Positions 1 to 12,333 of a stretch of DNA of 64,000 nucleotides are shown here, one piece after another. This DNA is from Felis catus (lineage: Eukaryota), in contig NC_058368.1 in the NCBI RefSeq assembly GCF_018350175.1, forward strand, positions 86,120,001-86,184,000. The letters are read 5' to 3'. Position 1 is the first letter of the stretch, and every line of letters begins with the position of its first letter. The translations under genes and the position numbers were made by a program. The notes under the pieces were generated by a model. It had not been told where the DNA came from and did not search any database. It saw only the letters and a list, made by a program, of their open reading frames with translations.

Positions 1-109
1 GGGGTGCATAGAAAACATGACAGAACACAAGTGATGTGGTGAATTAACAGAAGTAGAAGAACTGATGCAAATGGGTAAGAAGAAGTTGTCTTTAGGCCCC
101 GTAAAGGAG

Positions 110-395
110 TATAGACAGATCATCCTTGTGGCACAGGGCCATAAAGATCTGACCAAATGTGATTTTGTTCCATTTTCCCTGAAACCTACAAAGAAGGTCT
201 AATTTATAAATAGTATTGAATTTGAAGGTCCCATTAATGGACCAATTTTCATCATTCTTCAGAGAATGTTGAGGCCAGGCACTATTACTGAAGAAGATGA
301 GATGCTTCCTTAAATCCTGTTGTCCAAGGTCACCTCAATGTGTTAGGAGACAGCCTGAATGGGGAATCCTTTGGGAGTGAGGAAGTTGATCACAT
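110..395 (-). mobile_element. gag: Decayed class I ERV (ERV1) gag matrix remnant; probably extends beyond these limits
   Basis: The minus strand translates, with stops and one frameshift, as M*STSSLPKDSP/GCLLTH*GDLGQQDLRKHLIFFSNSAWPQHSLKNDENWSINGTFKFNTIYKLDLLCRFQGKWNKITFGQIFMAL. This matches the ERV1 MA pattern (SPLGC...LIFFCN-AWPQY...W...NG...NTI-QLDLFC...GKW). Confidence 0.8.
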
Positions 396-774
396 GGTTG
401 ATTCATAGAAAACAAGGAGATCATATTAACAATCTAGGAGTCTGTTACCAAAATCCCCCTCAGCTCTGAATGGCACCACATCAGGAATATTGGTGAAGGT
501 TCCTGGTATCAGAGTGGTGGGAGGCATCCTTCTTTGGTGACCACTCTGATACTTTTGTACTACCTGAAAAGGGATGTTCAAATTTTCACTGCCCTATTGT
601 ATCCTAGGCTACAACAGGTGTTGGTGAATGGACTGAAATCCCACAGAGTGTGGTTTCTTTCCATTTTGAAGGAGTCAATATATTTGGCAACTAGTAATAG
701 CCTCAAGGTCTAGTATTAATGGATAAGGCATAGGTTGTTAAGAAGGGGCAGCTATTTGATATCATATTAAGCAT

Positions 775-960
775 CATATACCTAGGGTAGAAGTACTTTC
801 AATCTCTTGATTTTAGCTCAGGTCATGATCTAACTGAGATTGAGCTTCACATTGTGCTTTCCCTGATAGTGTTGAGCCTGCTTGGGATTCTCTCTCTTAA
901 TGTTTCTCTCCGCCCGTCCCCTGCTCATGCTCTCTCTCAAAATTAATAAATAAACTTAAA
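775..960 (+). mobile_element. CAN-SINE (older, degenerate)
   Basis: gctcaggtcatgatct...gagcctgcttgggattctctctc...(CT)n then aataaa A-rich tail. Confidence 0.8.
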
Positions 961-1381
961 CATAATAATAATAATGACAATAATAATAATAAACACCAAA
1001 CCATACTGCAATGACATTGTAAGAAATCTGCTAATGAAATTTATCATGGAACAGTCAGTAAGGTTTCAAGAGAGAAAGAAACCTAGCCCACTTTTCCAGC
1101 CAAGCTGGTTCAGTCCATTACTTGCATATTTCAAAATATATTATAAAAAACTGATACTTAAGAATAATAATATGAAAGTAAATTTTGTTTTAAATTCATT
1201 TATTTATTAGTGTGTTTATCTGTACAACTTTCCTTACATTAATGACATGTGAGCAGTTAGAACTTGGAGCCATGCATGCCTAGGTTAAACATACACAGTG
1301 ACAGAGTGAAAGTGGTGCTATCATGTTTGATGTTTACATTTCAGAATGATAGCCCTCCATCCTTAAGAAAGATATATTCAA

Positions 1382-1590
1382 TGGGTGACTTAGGTGGCTC
1401 AGTTAAGCGTCTGACTCTTAATTTCGGTTCAAGTCATGATCTCACGATTTATGATTTCAAGCCTGACATGGAGAACCACCATCAGTCTCTGTGCTGACAG
1501 CATGGAGCCTGCTTTGGAGTCTCTATCTCTTTTCTCCATGACCCTTCCTGCTCTCTCTCTCAAAAATAAATAAATAAACATTTAAAAAAA
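1382..1590 (+). mobile_element. CAN-SINE
   Basis: ggtggctcagttaagcgtctgactct head, (CT)n tract, aaataaataaaca tail. Confidence 0.85.
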
Positions 1591-2224
1591 TATATTTGAA
1601 TTTCAATATTGGAACAAAAGATTATGTAGCCTTTTAAAATATATAAGCCAGGTAAAATTTATTGTTTTAAGATTGGTTTTAACCAATGGTTACTCTTTAT
1701 GCCTATACTCAGAGAGAGCTTACAGTAAAATTCTAGAAAATTTATGTTGTAGACAGGCTCTCATACTTATGTTCTAAACTGGGTAAATATTATGAATAGA
1801 ATTACGTTCTTTCTTAACAAAACCATTTAAGTTTTAATAGTTTCACCTTATATTTCTTTATAGGTTATATTATATAATACATGGTGTAAAGCAAGGAAAC
1901 ATTTGGGTATTACTATTAGAATACTTAGATCATATAATCTAACAAAGAATAAGTATTTAGGGGCAATTTAACATTTACTGAATCCATTATTCATTGACTC
2001 AATTAGTAATTGTTGACTGACTCAATACTTTCATCTGTTAAATGATAATATATTCTATAACACATGAAATTTTTATAAGCCATAAACAATGAGATTTATA
2101 TAATTTGAATTCTAATCCTAGGAAAAGGGAAAAACAATATATTTTTTAAGATCAAATGACTATTGCATGTTGGCATTATGTTCTGTATTATCTTTTATGC
2201 TAACAGTGTATTTGGGCATCTATA

Positions 2225-2432
2225 TTTTATTTTTTGGTTTTTTTAACATTTATTTATTTTTGAGAGACATAGTGTGAGTGGTGGAGGGAGAGAAGGAGAT
2301 GCAGAATCTGAAGCAGGCTCCAGACTCTGGGCTGTCAGAGAAGAGTCTGTTGCATGGCTCGAACCAAGAACCATGAGATCATGACCTGAGCTGAAGTCAG
2401 ACGCTCACCCATCTGAGCGACCCAGGCACCCC
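2225..2432 (-). mobile_element. CAN-SINE
   Basis: T-rich tail, gagatcatgacctgagctgaagtc, ends cccaggcacccc. Confidence 0.88.
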
Positions 2433-2579
2433 TGGACAGCTTTATTTGAAATCTGTTCATTAATCATCTACAATTTCCTATGTTAATTAAACTGGTCTAA
2501 TTTTTTACTGATCAGATGGCCACAACCATGCTTGTCAAGGTCTCAGTAATGATTCCATTGTTTTAAAAATTATTTCCAA

Positions 2580-2927
2580 GGCAATTCCAGGTCATAGGAC
2601 CAAGAGCACCAGTCATTGCCTTTGTTGGGGAAGAGGTTGTGGTTTCCTATCATCTCAACCCATCAATAGATGCTCAGAACATGGAAGTGAGATGGTACCG
2701 AAATGATCCTTCAGGCCTGGTGCATTATTATGGGACTTCCCAGGATCATATGGACCAGCAAATGCCAGAGTATCGAGGGAGGACCAAGTTCCTGAAGGGG
2801 AATATTACCAAAGGGCTTGTTGCCCTAAGGATCCATCACATCAGACCTTCAGATGAAGGGGAGTATGTGTGTTTCTTTGAAAGCTCTACATTCTACAATA
2901 AAGCACAGTTCAAAGTGTTGGTCACAG
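2580..2927 (+). pseudogene. IgV-domain exon of butyrophilin-like gene
   Basis: Translates QFQVIGPRAPVIAFVGEEVVVSYHLNPSIDAQNMEVRWYR...QMPEYRGRTKFLKGNITKGLVALRIHHIRPSDEGEYVCFF...KVLVT. Contains BTN motifs MEVRW, EYRGRT and D-x-G-x-Y-x-C. Phase-1 donor G|GTGAGT at 2927/2928. The expected acceptor reads AA at 2578-2579. Confidence 0.92.
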
Positions 2928-3419
2928 GTGAGTCTCTGCAATTAAAACTACTGTCTAAATTGTATTATTTTGTTTCCATCAGCAGTCTAAAGTAGTGTTG
3001 TATATGGGTAGAGGTGACTAAATCTATACAAACACTATGACTGAATGCCAAGAAAGTTAAATATGCAATCTAATCAGTCTGCCTCAACATTCTTGGGTGG
3101 TAGTAAAAACACATTTTAATCATTTGTCAACATAATTTCTTTGAAGAAAAGAAAAAGTAGGTATTATAGTATGTTCTACTCTCAGAAGAGTCCCAGAAGT
3201 GTATCTTAGTCTATCTTCTAAATTTCAGAGGGAGTCAAAAGAGACAGAAAGAATCGGAGTAGCCTGCCCTCTGGCTAGGTTTTCTACACCTTGCTGCTAC
3301 CACTCTGGGAAAAGCCCAGTCACATGTGGTCTTGTTCACTATTTAGTATGACATCCTTCTTTATTCAGATCCCTGCATAATTTGTCCCCTTAGATCTCAC
3401 TCCTGCTCAGATATTGACC

Positions 3420-3422
<3 letters not shown>

Positions 3423-3460
<38 letters not shown>
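3423..3460. repeat. (AC)n microsatellite
   Basis: Uninterrupted AC run. Confidence 0.95.
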
Positions 3461-3465
<5 letters not shown>

Positions 3466-5766
3466 CAAAACAAGAAAAATCCCACAAAACTATATTGCCA
3501 GAGTGAAAGACTAAGGAAGGACTGTAATTCAACCACACACTGAGCCTGAAACACCATTTTCTCTATAGACATTATAGGGCCTTTACTGAGCTCAGAAGAT
3601 GAGTTTTTGTATCATCTTTCTTATAATGGACATAATATAAACTAACCCAATATACTGAAAGAGACAATAATATTGACCTTCCTCCCAAAAGCAGGAAAAC
3701 GTTTTCCTTCAGAACTCCCTGACCTATGTGCAAATGCTCCTTCCTCTTATTTAGTGACAATTGTGCATAGGTCCCAAGTAACCCTTAATCCATGTTTACA
3801 CAATAAAGGATGTGTTCTTCTATAATTATTCATAAATTAAAGGGGAGCATGTGCAAAGACACTCGCCTGCAAGTTTTAAACACCTTTGTGAGTTACCATT
3901 TTTGTAACCAGACATTTTGAGCCACACATCCTCTGATAATATTTCTGATGAATCATGGAAAGAATAGTAACCTCCTTCTGAGATTCCTTCCTGAATTTAA
4001 AGAATATCTGCTTTTTATGCAAGTATACTCGCGTTCTTCACTGCAAGTGTCTATTGTATGCAAATGACTTTCAGTGTACTGGAGACATTTAACCAGTCAC
4101 TAAGAGGCATGAATGAAACCAATTATATTCATTCATTCATTCATTCAGTTTTGCCTTTTGAACAGGGATCTTTCACTCTATTGTGGTAACTTCTGAAACA
4201 ATCCAGGTGTTAGACACCCACTTCTATAAGTCCTACAAACATTTCCTAAACTTTGGGTAAACTCTTATCAAGGGCTTTGGATTTGAAACCTGTAATTGCT
4301 TCTGCAATGAACAATATGTCATTCCTCAGAATCATCTCAATTTATTTATCTCAATTTCTTTACTTGCTCCTTGTTGAGAGTAACTCTACCACTAAATAGA
4401 AAACAAATTTCCACTATGTGTCCTTTTTAACCCAGTCTTTAGAAGAGTGCATTTCCTACCTTGACGCTCTTGGCACTAAACTCTGACATCATGCTGGTGA
4501 TTGAATTTGTTTTGAGCTTCAACAATGGTTAACTGACACACCTTCCTGAATCTCTTATATCTTGTACATGAGTTTTTATTATACATCAACTCACTGTTTG
4601 TTCCAAATCATTTATGCAAGGGAAGTTGTATTTGCTACCCAAGCACAAAAAGCCAGTGCCAAGCACTTTAATGTGCACTGTGAATATACATTTAAAAAAA
4701 AGTATGTATTCCACCCATCTTTTTTATGAAGCACAGAAGACCCCACAACATCCAAAGATATTTGGTTTTTCTCTTGTTTGGCTTTTCTCTTGTTTCCTGT
4801 GGGCAGTACAAATATGTGGATTTAATATTTGAACTAAGTACAATATTTGCATAAACAACCTTTGACTTTAGAAATTAATGAAAATAGGTGTACTTTTAAA
4901 TTCTTAAGAAATTATATCATCCTCTGGCCTATTGTAAAATAAACTGGTATCTAAATATTGACATAATAAGTGATTACAAATAAGCTTTTAAGAATCCAGA
5001 TTTTTTTCAAAAAAAAAAAAAGACTTCTGTACTACTAAAATGTAGGTGTGCTGCTTTTTTGCCACATTTTGTTGATTTTAATGGGAGATATCTCATTTTT
5101 GGACCTGCGATCCTCATTCATTATAAATAAGAAAAATAAAGTCCTATATTGATAAAATGCTCTGATGTTCTTACCTCTTCCAGATGAATTATCCATGAGC
5201 TTGTGTAGTTCATCCTGGGATGGATCCATTTGTTTCCAATCCCATGTCCACTGCAAAATAATATCTGGTGCTGTGTGACTTTATAGTTTTCATTTGTGCC
5301 AGATCTTGAGACCAAGTCCTTGGTTTTCTCTAGCTGGATACCTCATATTTTTCTGTGATTGCCTTAGTTACTATGATTTTTGTCATGAATTTCTTTAAAA
5401 TATCTCTCCTTCATGGAGGAATAACATTTTTCTCAGGGTCAGTATTAGTTCTGATAAGGATGCAGTCTCTGCAGGCAGCTCAAGAATTTTATACTATCTC
5501 CTAGAGAAAAGATTCTTCTGTATCTTGAGTCAAATGGAACCAACTCATTTCCTGTTCTGTTTAAATACCCAGGAGGTTCTGGGTAACAGAATTTCTGCAG
5601 AACCCACAACTGCAGTGAACACCTACATTAAATTCTACTTAAATACAATAAGCATCATTAACTTCTATCTGTTTGATAGTTTAGAGTACAGGTAAGCAAA
5701 TCCATCAATCAATAACTATTAAGGCAACCACAAATATAGGTTGAAAATATAACCAAAATATTTTCT

Positions 5767-5990
5767 TTTTTAAAAATTTTTTTTCAACGTTTATTTATTT
5801 TTTTGGGGACAGAGAGAGACAGAGCATGAACGGGGGAGGGGCAGAGAAAGAGGGAGACACAGAATCGGAAACAGGCTCCAGGCGCCGAGCCATCAGCCCA
5901 GAGCCTGACGCGGGGCTCGAACTCACGGACCGCGAGATTGTGACCTGGCTGAAGTCGGACGCTTAACCGACTGCGCCACTCAGGCGCCCC
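5767..5990 (-). mobile_element. Young felid-type CAN-SINE with 15-bp TSD
   Basis: CpG-rich body. TSD accaaaatattttct at 5752-5766 and 5991-6005. Confidence 0.95.
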
Positions 5991-6637
5991 ACCAAAATAT
6001 TTTCTAAGACATAAGAGATAAAAATGAAGGCTCTGATATTAGGTAACATAATCAGATGGTGTCATAATGGCGAAAACTATGAGATTTCTCTCCCTGCCAT
6101 GGTCATAAGACAATACAAATCCCAGACTCTCAAAATAGATACAGTATGTATTAAAATCAGCCTGTGCTATGTCAGAAACCATGTAGGTCTCAAGTATGCC
6201 CATTAGAAACCCATGAAGGTAGAACAATGGTGACCTAGTTTACTCACTTGCTGGCAAACTTTTCTCCACTTTGACCCTTCAGTCTTCACTTGATAATTCA
6301 TAAGAGAACATTAATGGCTAAGGCAGCACTTGGAACACATTTTTCAAGCCTGTGAAATTATCCATACCCAACACCCCTAATTTCCAATCCTATTTTTATT
6401 TTTATTTTTATTTTTTTATATGAAATTTATTGACAAATTAGTTTCCATACAACACCCAGTGCTCATCCCAAAAGGTGCCCTCCTCAATACCCATCACCCA
6501 CCCTCTCCTCCCTCCCACCCCCCATCAACCCTCAGTTTGTTCTCAGTTTTTAACAGTCTCTTATGCTTTGGCTCTCTCCCACTCTAACCTGTTTTTTTTT
6601 TTTTCCTTCCCCTCCCCCATGGGTTCCTGTTAATTTC

Positions 6638-9600
6638 TCAGGGTCCACATAAGAGTGAAACCATATGGTATCTGTTTTTCTCTGTATGGCTTATTTCACT
6701 TAGCATCACACTCTCCAGTTCCATCCACGTTGCTACAAAAGGCCATATTTCATTTTTTCTCATTGCCACGTAATATTCCATTGTGTATATGAACCACAAT
6801 TTCTTTATCCATTCATCAGTTGATGGACATTTAGGCTCTTTCCATAATTTGGCTATTGTTGAGAGTGCTGCTATGAACATTGGGGTACAAGTGGCCCTAT
6901 GCATCAGTACTCCTGTATCCCTTGGATATATTCCTAGCAGTGCTATTGCTGGGTCATAGGGTAGGTCTATTTTTAATTTTCTGAGGAACCTCCACACTGC
7001 TTTCCAGAGCGGCTGCACCAATTTGCATTCCCACCAACAGTGCAAGAGGGTTCCCGTTTCTCCACATCCTCTCCAGCATCTAGAGTCTCCTGATTTGTTC
7101 ATTTTGGCCACTCTGACTGGCGTGAGGTGACACCTGAGTGTGGTTTTGATTTGTATTTCCCTAATAAGGAGCGACGCTGAACATCTTTTCATGTGCCTGT
7201 TGGCCATCCGGATGTCTTCTTTAGAGAAGTGTCTATTCATGTTTTCTGCCCATTTCTTCACTGGGTTATTTGTTTTTCGGGTGTGGAGTTTGGTGAGCTC
7301 TTTATAGATTTTGGATACTAGCCCTTTGTCTGATCGGTCATTTGCAAATATCTTTTCCCATTCCGTTGGTTGCCTTTTAGTTTTGTTGGTTGTTTCCTTT
7401 GCTGTGCAGAAGCTTTTTATCTTCATAAGGTCCCAGTAATTCACTTTTGCTTTTAATTCCCTTGCCTTTGGGGATGTGTCGAGTAAGAAATTGCTACGGC
7501 TGAGGTCAGAGAGGTCTTTTCCTGCTTTCTCCTCTAAGGTTTTGATGGTTTCCTGTCTCACATTTAGGTCCTTTATCCATTTGGAGTTTATTTTTGTGAA
7601 TGGTGTGAGAAAGTGGTCTAGTTTCAACCTTCTGCATGTTGCTGTCCAGTTCTCCCAGCACCATTTGTTAAAGAGGCTGTCTTTTTTCCATTGGATGTTC
7701 TTTCCTGCTTTGTCAAAGATGAGTTGGCCATACGTTTGTGGGTCTAGTTCTGGGGTTTCTATTCTATTCCATTGGTCTATGTGTCTGTTTCTGTGCCAAT
7801 ACCATGCTGTCTTGATGATGGCAGCTTTGTAGTAGAGGCTAAAGTCTGGGATTGTGATGCCTCCTGCTTTGGTCTTCTTCTTCAAAATTCCTTTGGCTAT
7901 TCGGGGCCTTTTGTGGTTCCATATGAATTTTAGGATTGCTTGTTCTAGTTTCGAGAAGAATGCTGGTGCAATTTTGATTGGGATTGCATTGAATGTGTAG
8001 ATAGCTTTGGGTAGTATTGACATTTTGACAACATTTATTTTTCCAATCCATGAGCAGGGAATGTCTTTCCATTTCTTTAAATCTTCTTCAATTTCCTTCA
8101 TAAGCTTTCTATAGTTTTCAGCATACAGATCCTTTACATCTTTGGTTAGATTTATTCCTAGGTATTTTATGCTTCTTGGTGCAATTGTGAATGGGATCAG
8201 TTTCTTTATTTGTCTTTCTGTTGCTTCATTGTTAGTGTATAAGAATGCAACTGATTTCTGTACATTGATTTTGTATCCTGCAACTTTGCTGAATTCATGT
8301 ATCAGTTCTAGTAGACTTTTGGTGGAGTCTATCGGATTTTCCATGTATAATATCATGTCATCTGCAAAAAGCGAAAGCTTGACTTCGTCTTTGCCAATTT
8401 TGATGCCTTTGATTTCCTTTTGTTGTCTGATTGCTGATGCTAGAACTTCCAGCACTATGTTAAACAGCAGCGGTGAGAGTGGGCATCCTTGTCGTGTTCC
8501 TGATCTCAGGGAAAAAGCTCTCAGTTTTTCCCCGTTGAGGATGATGTTAGCTGTGGTCTTTTCATAAATGGCTTTTATGATCTTTAAGTATGTTCCTTCT
8601 ATCCCGACTTTCTCAAGGGTTTTTATTAAGAGAGGGTGCTGGATTTTGTCAAAGGCCTTTTCTGCATCGATTGACAGGATCATATGGTTCTTCTCTTTTT
8701 TTTTGTTAATGTGATGTATCACATTGATTGATTTGCGAATGTTGAACCAGCCCTGCATCCCAGGAATGTATCCCACTTGATCATGGCGAATAATTCTTTT
8801 TATATGTCATTGAATTCGATTTGCTAGTATCTTATTGAGAATTTTTGCATCCATATTCATCAGGGATATTGGCCTGTAGTTCTCTTTTTTTACTGGGTCT
8901 CTGTCTGGTTTAGGAATCAAAGTAATACTGGCTTCATAGAATGAGTCTGGAAGTTTTCCTTCCCTTTCTATTTCTTGGACTAGCTTGAGAAGGATAGGTA
9001 TTATCTCTGCTTTAAAGGTCTGGTAGAACTCCCCTGGGAAGCCATCTGGTCCTGGACTCTTATTTGTTGGGAGATTTTTGATAACCGATTCAATTTCTTC
9101 GCTGGTTATGGGTCTGTTCAAGCTTTCTATTTCCTCCTGATTGAGTTTTGGAAGAGTGTGGGTGTTCAGGAATTTGTCCATTTCTTCCAGGTTGTCCAAT
9201 TTGTTGGCATATAATTTTTCATAGTATTCCCTGATAATTGTTTGTATCTCTGAGGGATTGGTTGTAATAATTCCATTTTCATTCATGATTTTATCTATTT
9301 GGGTCATTTCCCTTTTCTTTTTGAGAAGCCTGGCTAGAGGTTTGTCAATTTTGTTTATTTTTTCAAAAAACCAACTCTTGGTTTCGTTGATCTGCTCTAC
9401 AGTTTTTTTAGATTCTATATTGTTTATTTCTGCTCTGATCTTTATTATTTCTCTTCTTCTGCTGGGTTTAGGCTGCCTTTGCTGTTCTGCTTCTATTTTG
9501 TTAGGTGTGCTGTTAGATTTTGTATTTGGGATTTTTCTTGTTTCTTGAGATAGGCCTGGATTGCAATGTATTCTCCTCTCAGGACTGCCTTCACTGCTTC

Positions 9601-10460
9601 CCAAAGCATTTGGATTGTTGTATTTTCATTTTCATTTTTTTCCATATATTTTTTAATTTCTTCTTTAATTGGCTGGTTGACCCATTCATTCTTTAGTAGG
9701 GTGTGCTTTAACCTCCATGCTTTTTGAGGTTTTCCAGACTTTTTCCTGTGGTTGATTTCAAGCCTCATAGCATTGTGGTCTGAAAGTATGCATGGTATGA
9801 TTTCAATTCTTGTATACTTATGAAGGGCTGTTTTGTGACCAGTATGTGATCTATCTTGGAGAATGTTCCATGTGCACTGGAGAAGAAAGTATATTCTGTT
9901 GCTTTGGGATGCATAGTTCTAAATATATCTGTCAAGTCCATCTGATCCAATGCATCATTCAGGGCCCTTGTTTCTGTATTGACCGTGTGTCTAGATGATC
10001 TATCCATTTCTGTAAGTGGGGTGTTAAAGTCCCCTGCAATTACCACATTCTTATCAATAAGGTTGCTTATGTTTATGAGTAATTGTTTTATATATTTGGG
10101 GGCTCCGGTATTCGGCGCATAGACATTTATAATTGTTAGCTCTTCCTGATGGATAGACCCTGTAACTATTATATAATGTCCTTCTTCATCTCTTGTTACA
10201 GCCTTTAATTTAAAGTCTAGTTTGTCTGATATAAGTATGGCTACTCCAGCTTTCTTTTGGCTTCCAGTTGCATGATAAATAGTTCTCCATCCCCTCACTC
10301 TCAATCTAAAGGTGTCCTCAGGTCTAAAATGAGTCTCTTGTAGACAGCAAATAGATGGGTCTTGTTTTTTTATCCATTCTGATACCCTATGTCTTTTGGT
10401 TGGTGCATTTAATCCATTTACATTCAGTGTTATTATAGAAAGATACGGGTTGAGAGTCAT
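6638..10460 (-). pseudogene. LINE-1 ORF2p (endonuclease, RT, C-terminal domain), disrupted
   Basis: Start MTLNPYLSIITLNVNGLN; EN motifs LQETH and GDFNTPL; RT motifs QGCPLSP and FADD. Frameshifts near 9840 and 9500, in-frame TGA at 8807-8809. Confidence 0.95.
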
Positions 10461-10510
10461 TGTGATGTCTGTATGTTTTATGCTTGTAGTGATGTCTCTG
10501 GGACTTTGTC

Positions 10511-11404
10511 TCACAGGGTCCCCCTTAGGATCTCTTGTAGGGCTGGTTTAGTGGTGACAAATTCCTTCAGTTTTTGCTTGTTTGGGAAAACCTTTATCTC
10601 TCCTTCTATTCTAAATGACAGACTTGCTGGGTAAAGGATTCTCGGCTGCATATTTTTTCTGTCTAGCACCCTGAAAATCTCGTGCCAATTCTTTCTGGCC
10701 TGCCAAGTTTCAAAAGAGAGATCAGTCACCAGTCTTATAGGTCTCCCTTTATATGTGAGGGCACGTTTACCCCTTGCTGCTTTCAGAATTTTCTCTTTAT
10801 CCTTGTATTTTGCCAGTTTCACTATGATATGTCGTGCAGAAGATCGATTCAAGTTACGTCTGAAGGGAGTTCTCTGTGCCTCTTGGATTTCAATGCCTTT
10901 TTCCTTCCCCAGTTCAGGGAAGTTCTCAGCTATGATTTCTTCAAGTACCCCTTCAGCACCTTTCCCTCTCTTTTCCTCCTTTGGGATACCAATTATGCGT
11001 ATATTATTTCTTTTTAGTGTATCACTTAGTTCTCTAATTTTCCCCTCATACTCCTGGATTTTTTTATCTCTCTTTTTCTCAGCTTCCTCTTTTTCCATAA
11101 CTTTATCCTCTAGTTCACCTATTCTCTCCTCTGCCTCTTCAAGCCGAGCTGTGGTGGTTTCCATTTTGTTATGCATTTCGTTTAAAGCGTTTTTCAGCTC
11201 CTCGTGACTGTTCCTTAGTCCCTTGATCTCTGTAGCAAGAGATTCTCTGCTGTCCTGTATACTGTTTTCAAGCCCAGTGATTAATTTTATGACTATTATT
11301 CTAAATTCACTTTCTGTTATATTATTTAAATCCTTTTTGATCAGCTCATTAGCTGTTGTTATTTCCTGGAGATTCTTCTGAGGGGAATTCTTCCGCTTGG
11401 TCAT
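10511..11404 (-). CDS. LINE-1 ORF1p, open frame of 297 aa
   Basis: MTKRKNSPQKNLQE...coiled coil...RNNIRIIGIP...RHIIVKLAKYKDKEKILKAAR...PRILYPASLSF...ALQEILRGTL, uninterrupted. Confidence 0.93.
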   Translation of the reverse strand: MTKRKNSPQKNLQEITTANELIKKDLNNITESEFRIIVIKLITGLENSIQDSRESLATEIKGLRNSHEELKNALNEMHNKMETTTARLEEAEERIGELEDKVMEKEEAEKKRDKKIQEYEGKIRELSDTLKRNNIRIIGIPKEEKRGKGAEGVLEEIIAENFPELGKEKGIEIQEAQRTPFRRNLNRSSARHIIVKLAKYKDKEKILKAARGKRALTYKGRPIRLVTDLSFETWQARKNWHEIFRVLDRKNMQPRILYPASLSFRIEGEIKVFPNKQKLKEFVTTKPALQEILRGTL

Positions 11405-12333
11405 TTTGGATAGTCCCTGGCGTGTTGAGGATCTGCAGGGCACTTCCCCTGTGTTGTGGTGTATAACTGGAGTTGGTGGGCGGGGCCGCAGTCAGACCTG
11501 ATGTCTGTCCCCAGCCCACTGCTGGGGCCACAGTCAGACTGGTGTGTGCCTTCTCTTCCCCTCTCCTAGGGGCGGGATTCACTGTGGGGTGGTGTGGTCC
11601 GTCTGGGCTACTTGCACACTGCCAGGCTTGTGATGCTGGGGATCTGGCTAATTAGCTGGGGTGGGTAGGCAAGGTGCACGGGGGCAGGAGGGGCAGGCTT
11701 AGATCGCTTCTCCTTAGGTGATCCTCTTCAGGAGGGGCCCTGTGGCAGCGGGAAGGAGTCAGATCCGCTGCCGGAGGTTTGGCTCCGCAGAAGCACAGAG
11801 TTGGGTGTTTGCGCGGAGGGAGCAAGTTCCCTGGCAGGAACTGGTTCTCTTTGGGATTTTGGCTGGGGGATGGGCGGGGGAGATGGCGCTGGCGAGCGCC
11901 TTTGTTCCCCACCAAGCTGAGCTCTGTCATCAGGGGGCTCAGCAGCTCTCCCTCCCTTTGTCCTCCAGCCTTCCCGCTTTCCGAGCAGAGCTGTTAACTT
12001 ATGACCTCCCAGACGCTAAGTCGCGCTTGTTGTGGGAACACAGTCCGTCAGGCCCCTCCGCTTTTGCCAGCCAGACTCGGGGGCTCTGCTTGGCCGGCGA
12101 GCCGCCCCTCCCCCCCCGGCTCCCTCCCGCCAGTCCGTGGAGCGCGCACCGCCTCGCAGCCCTTCCTACCCTCTTCCGTGGGCCTCTCGTCTGCGTTTGG
12201 CTCCAGCAACTCCGTTCTGCTAATCCTCTGGCGGTTTTCTGGGTTATTTAGGCAGGTGTAGGTGGAATCTAAGTGATCAGCAGGACGCGCGGTGAGCCCA
12301 GCGTCCTCCTAAGCCGCCATCTTGCCGCTTCTC
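11405..12333 (-). promoter_or_regulatory. L1 5'UTR internal promoter, GC/CpG-rich, with YY1-type motif
   Basis: The minus strand begins gagaagcggcAAGATGGCGGc (YY1 consensus near 12314-12323). Many CpGs are retained against an AT-rich background. Confidence 0.8.

Larger units (their letters stand above)
6399..12333 (-). mobile_element. Full-length young LINE-1 (L1_Fc-like), about 5.9 kb
   Basis: 5'UTR, ORF1, ORF2, 3'UTR and A-rich tail are all present. TSD tccaatcctattttta at 6383-6398 and 12334-12349, with a TT/AAAA target on the minus strand. Confidence 0.97.

Noticed and set aside
2639..2995. 118-aa ORF as a stand-alone gene
   Set aside because: It is the IgV exon read from an internal GTG through the donor into the intron.
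7476..11207. Plus-strand ORFs of 96-150 aa inside the full-length L1
   Set aside because: Antisense shadows of L1 ORF1/ORF2.
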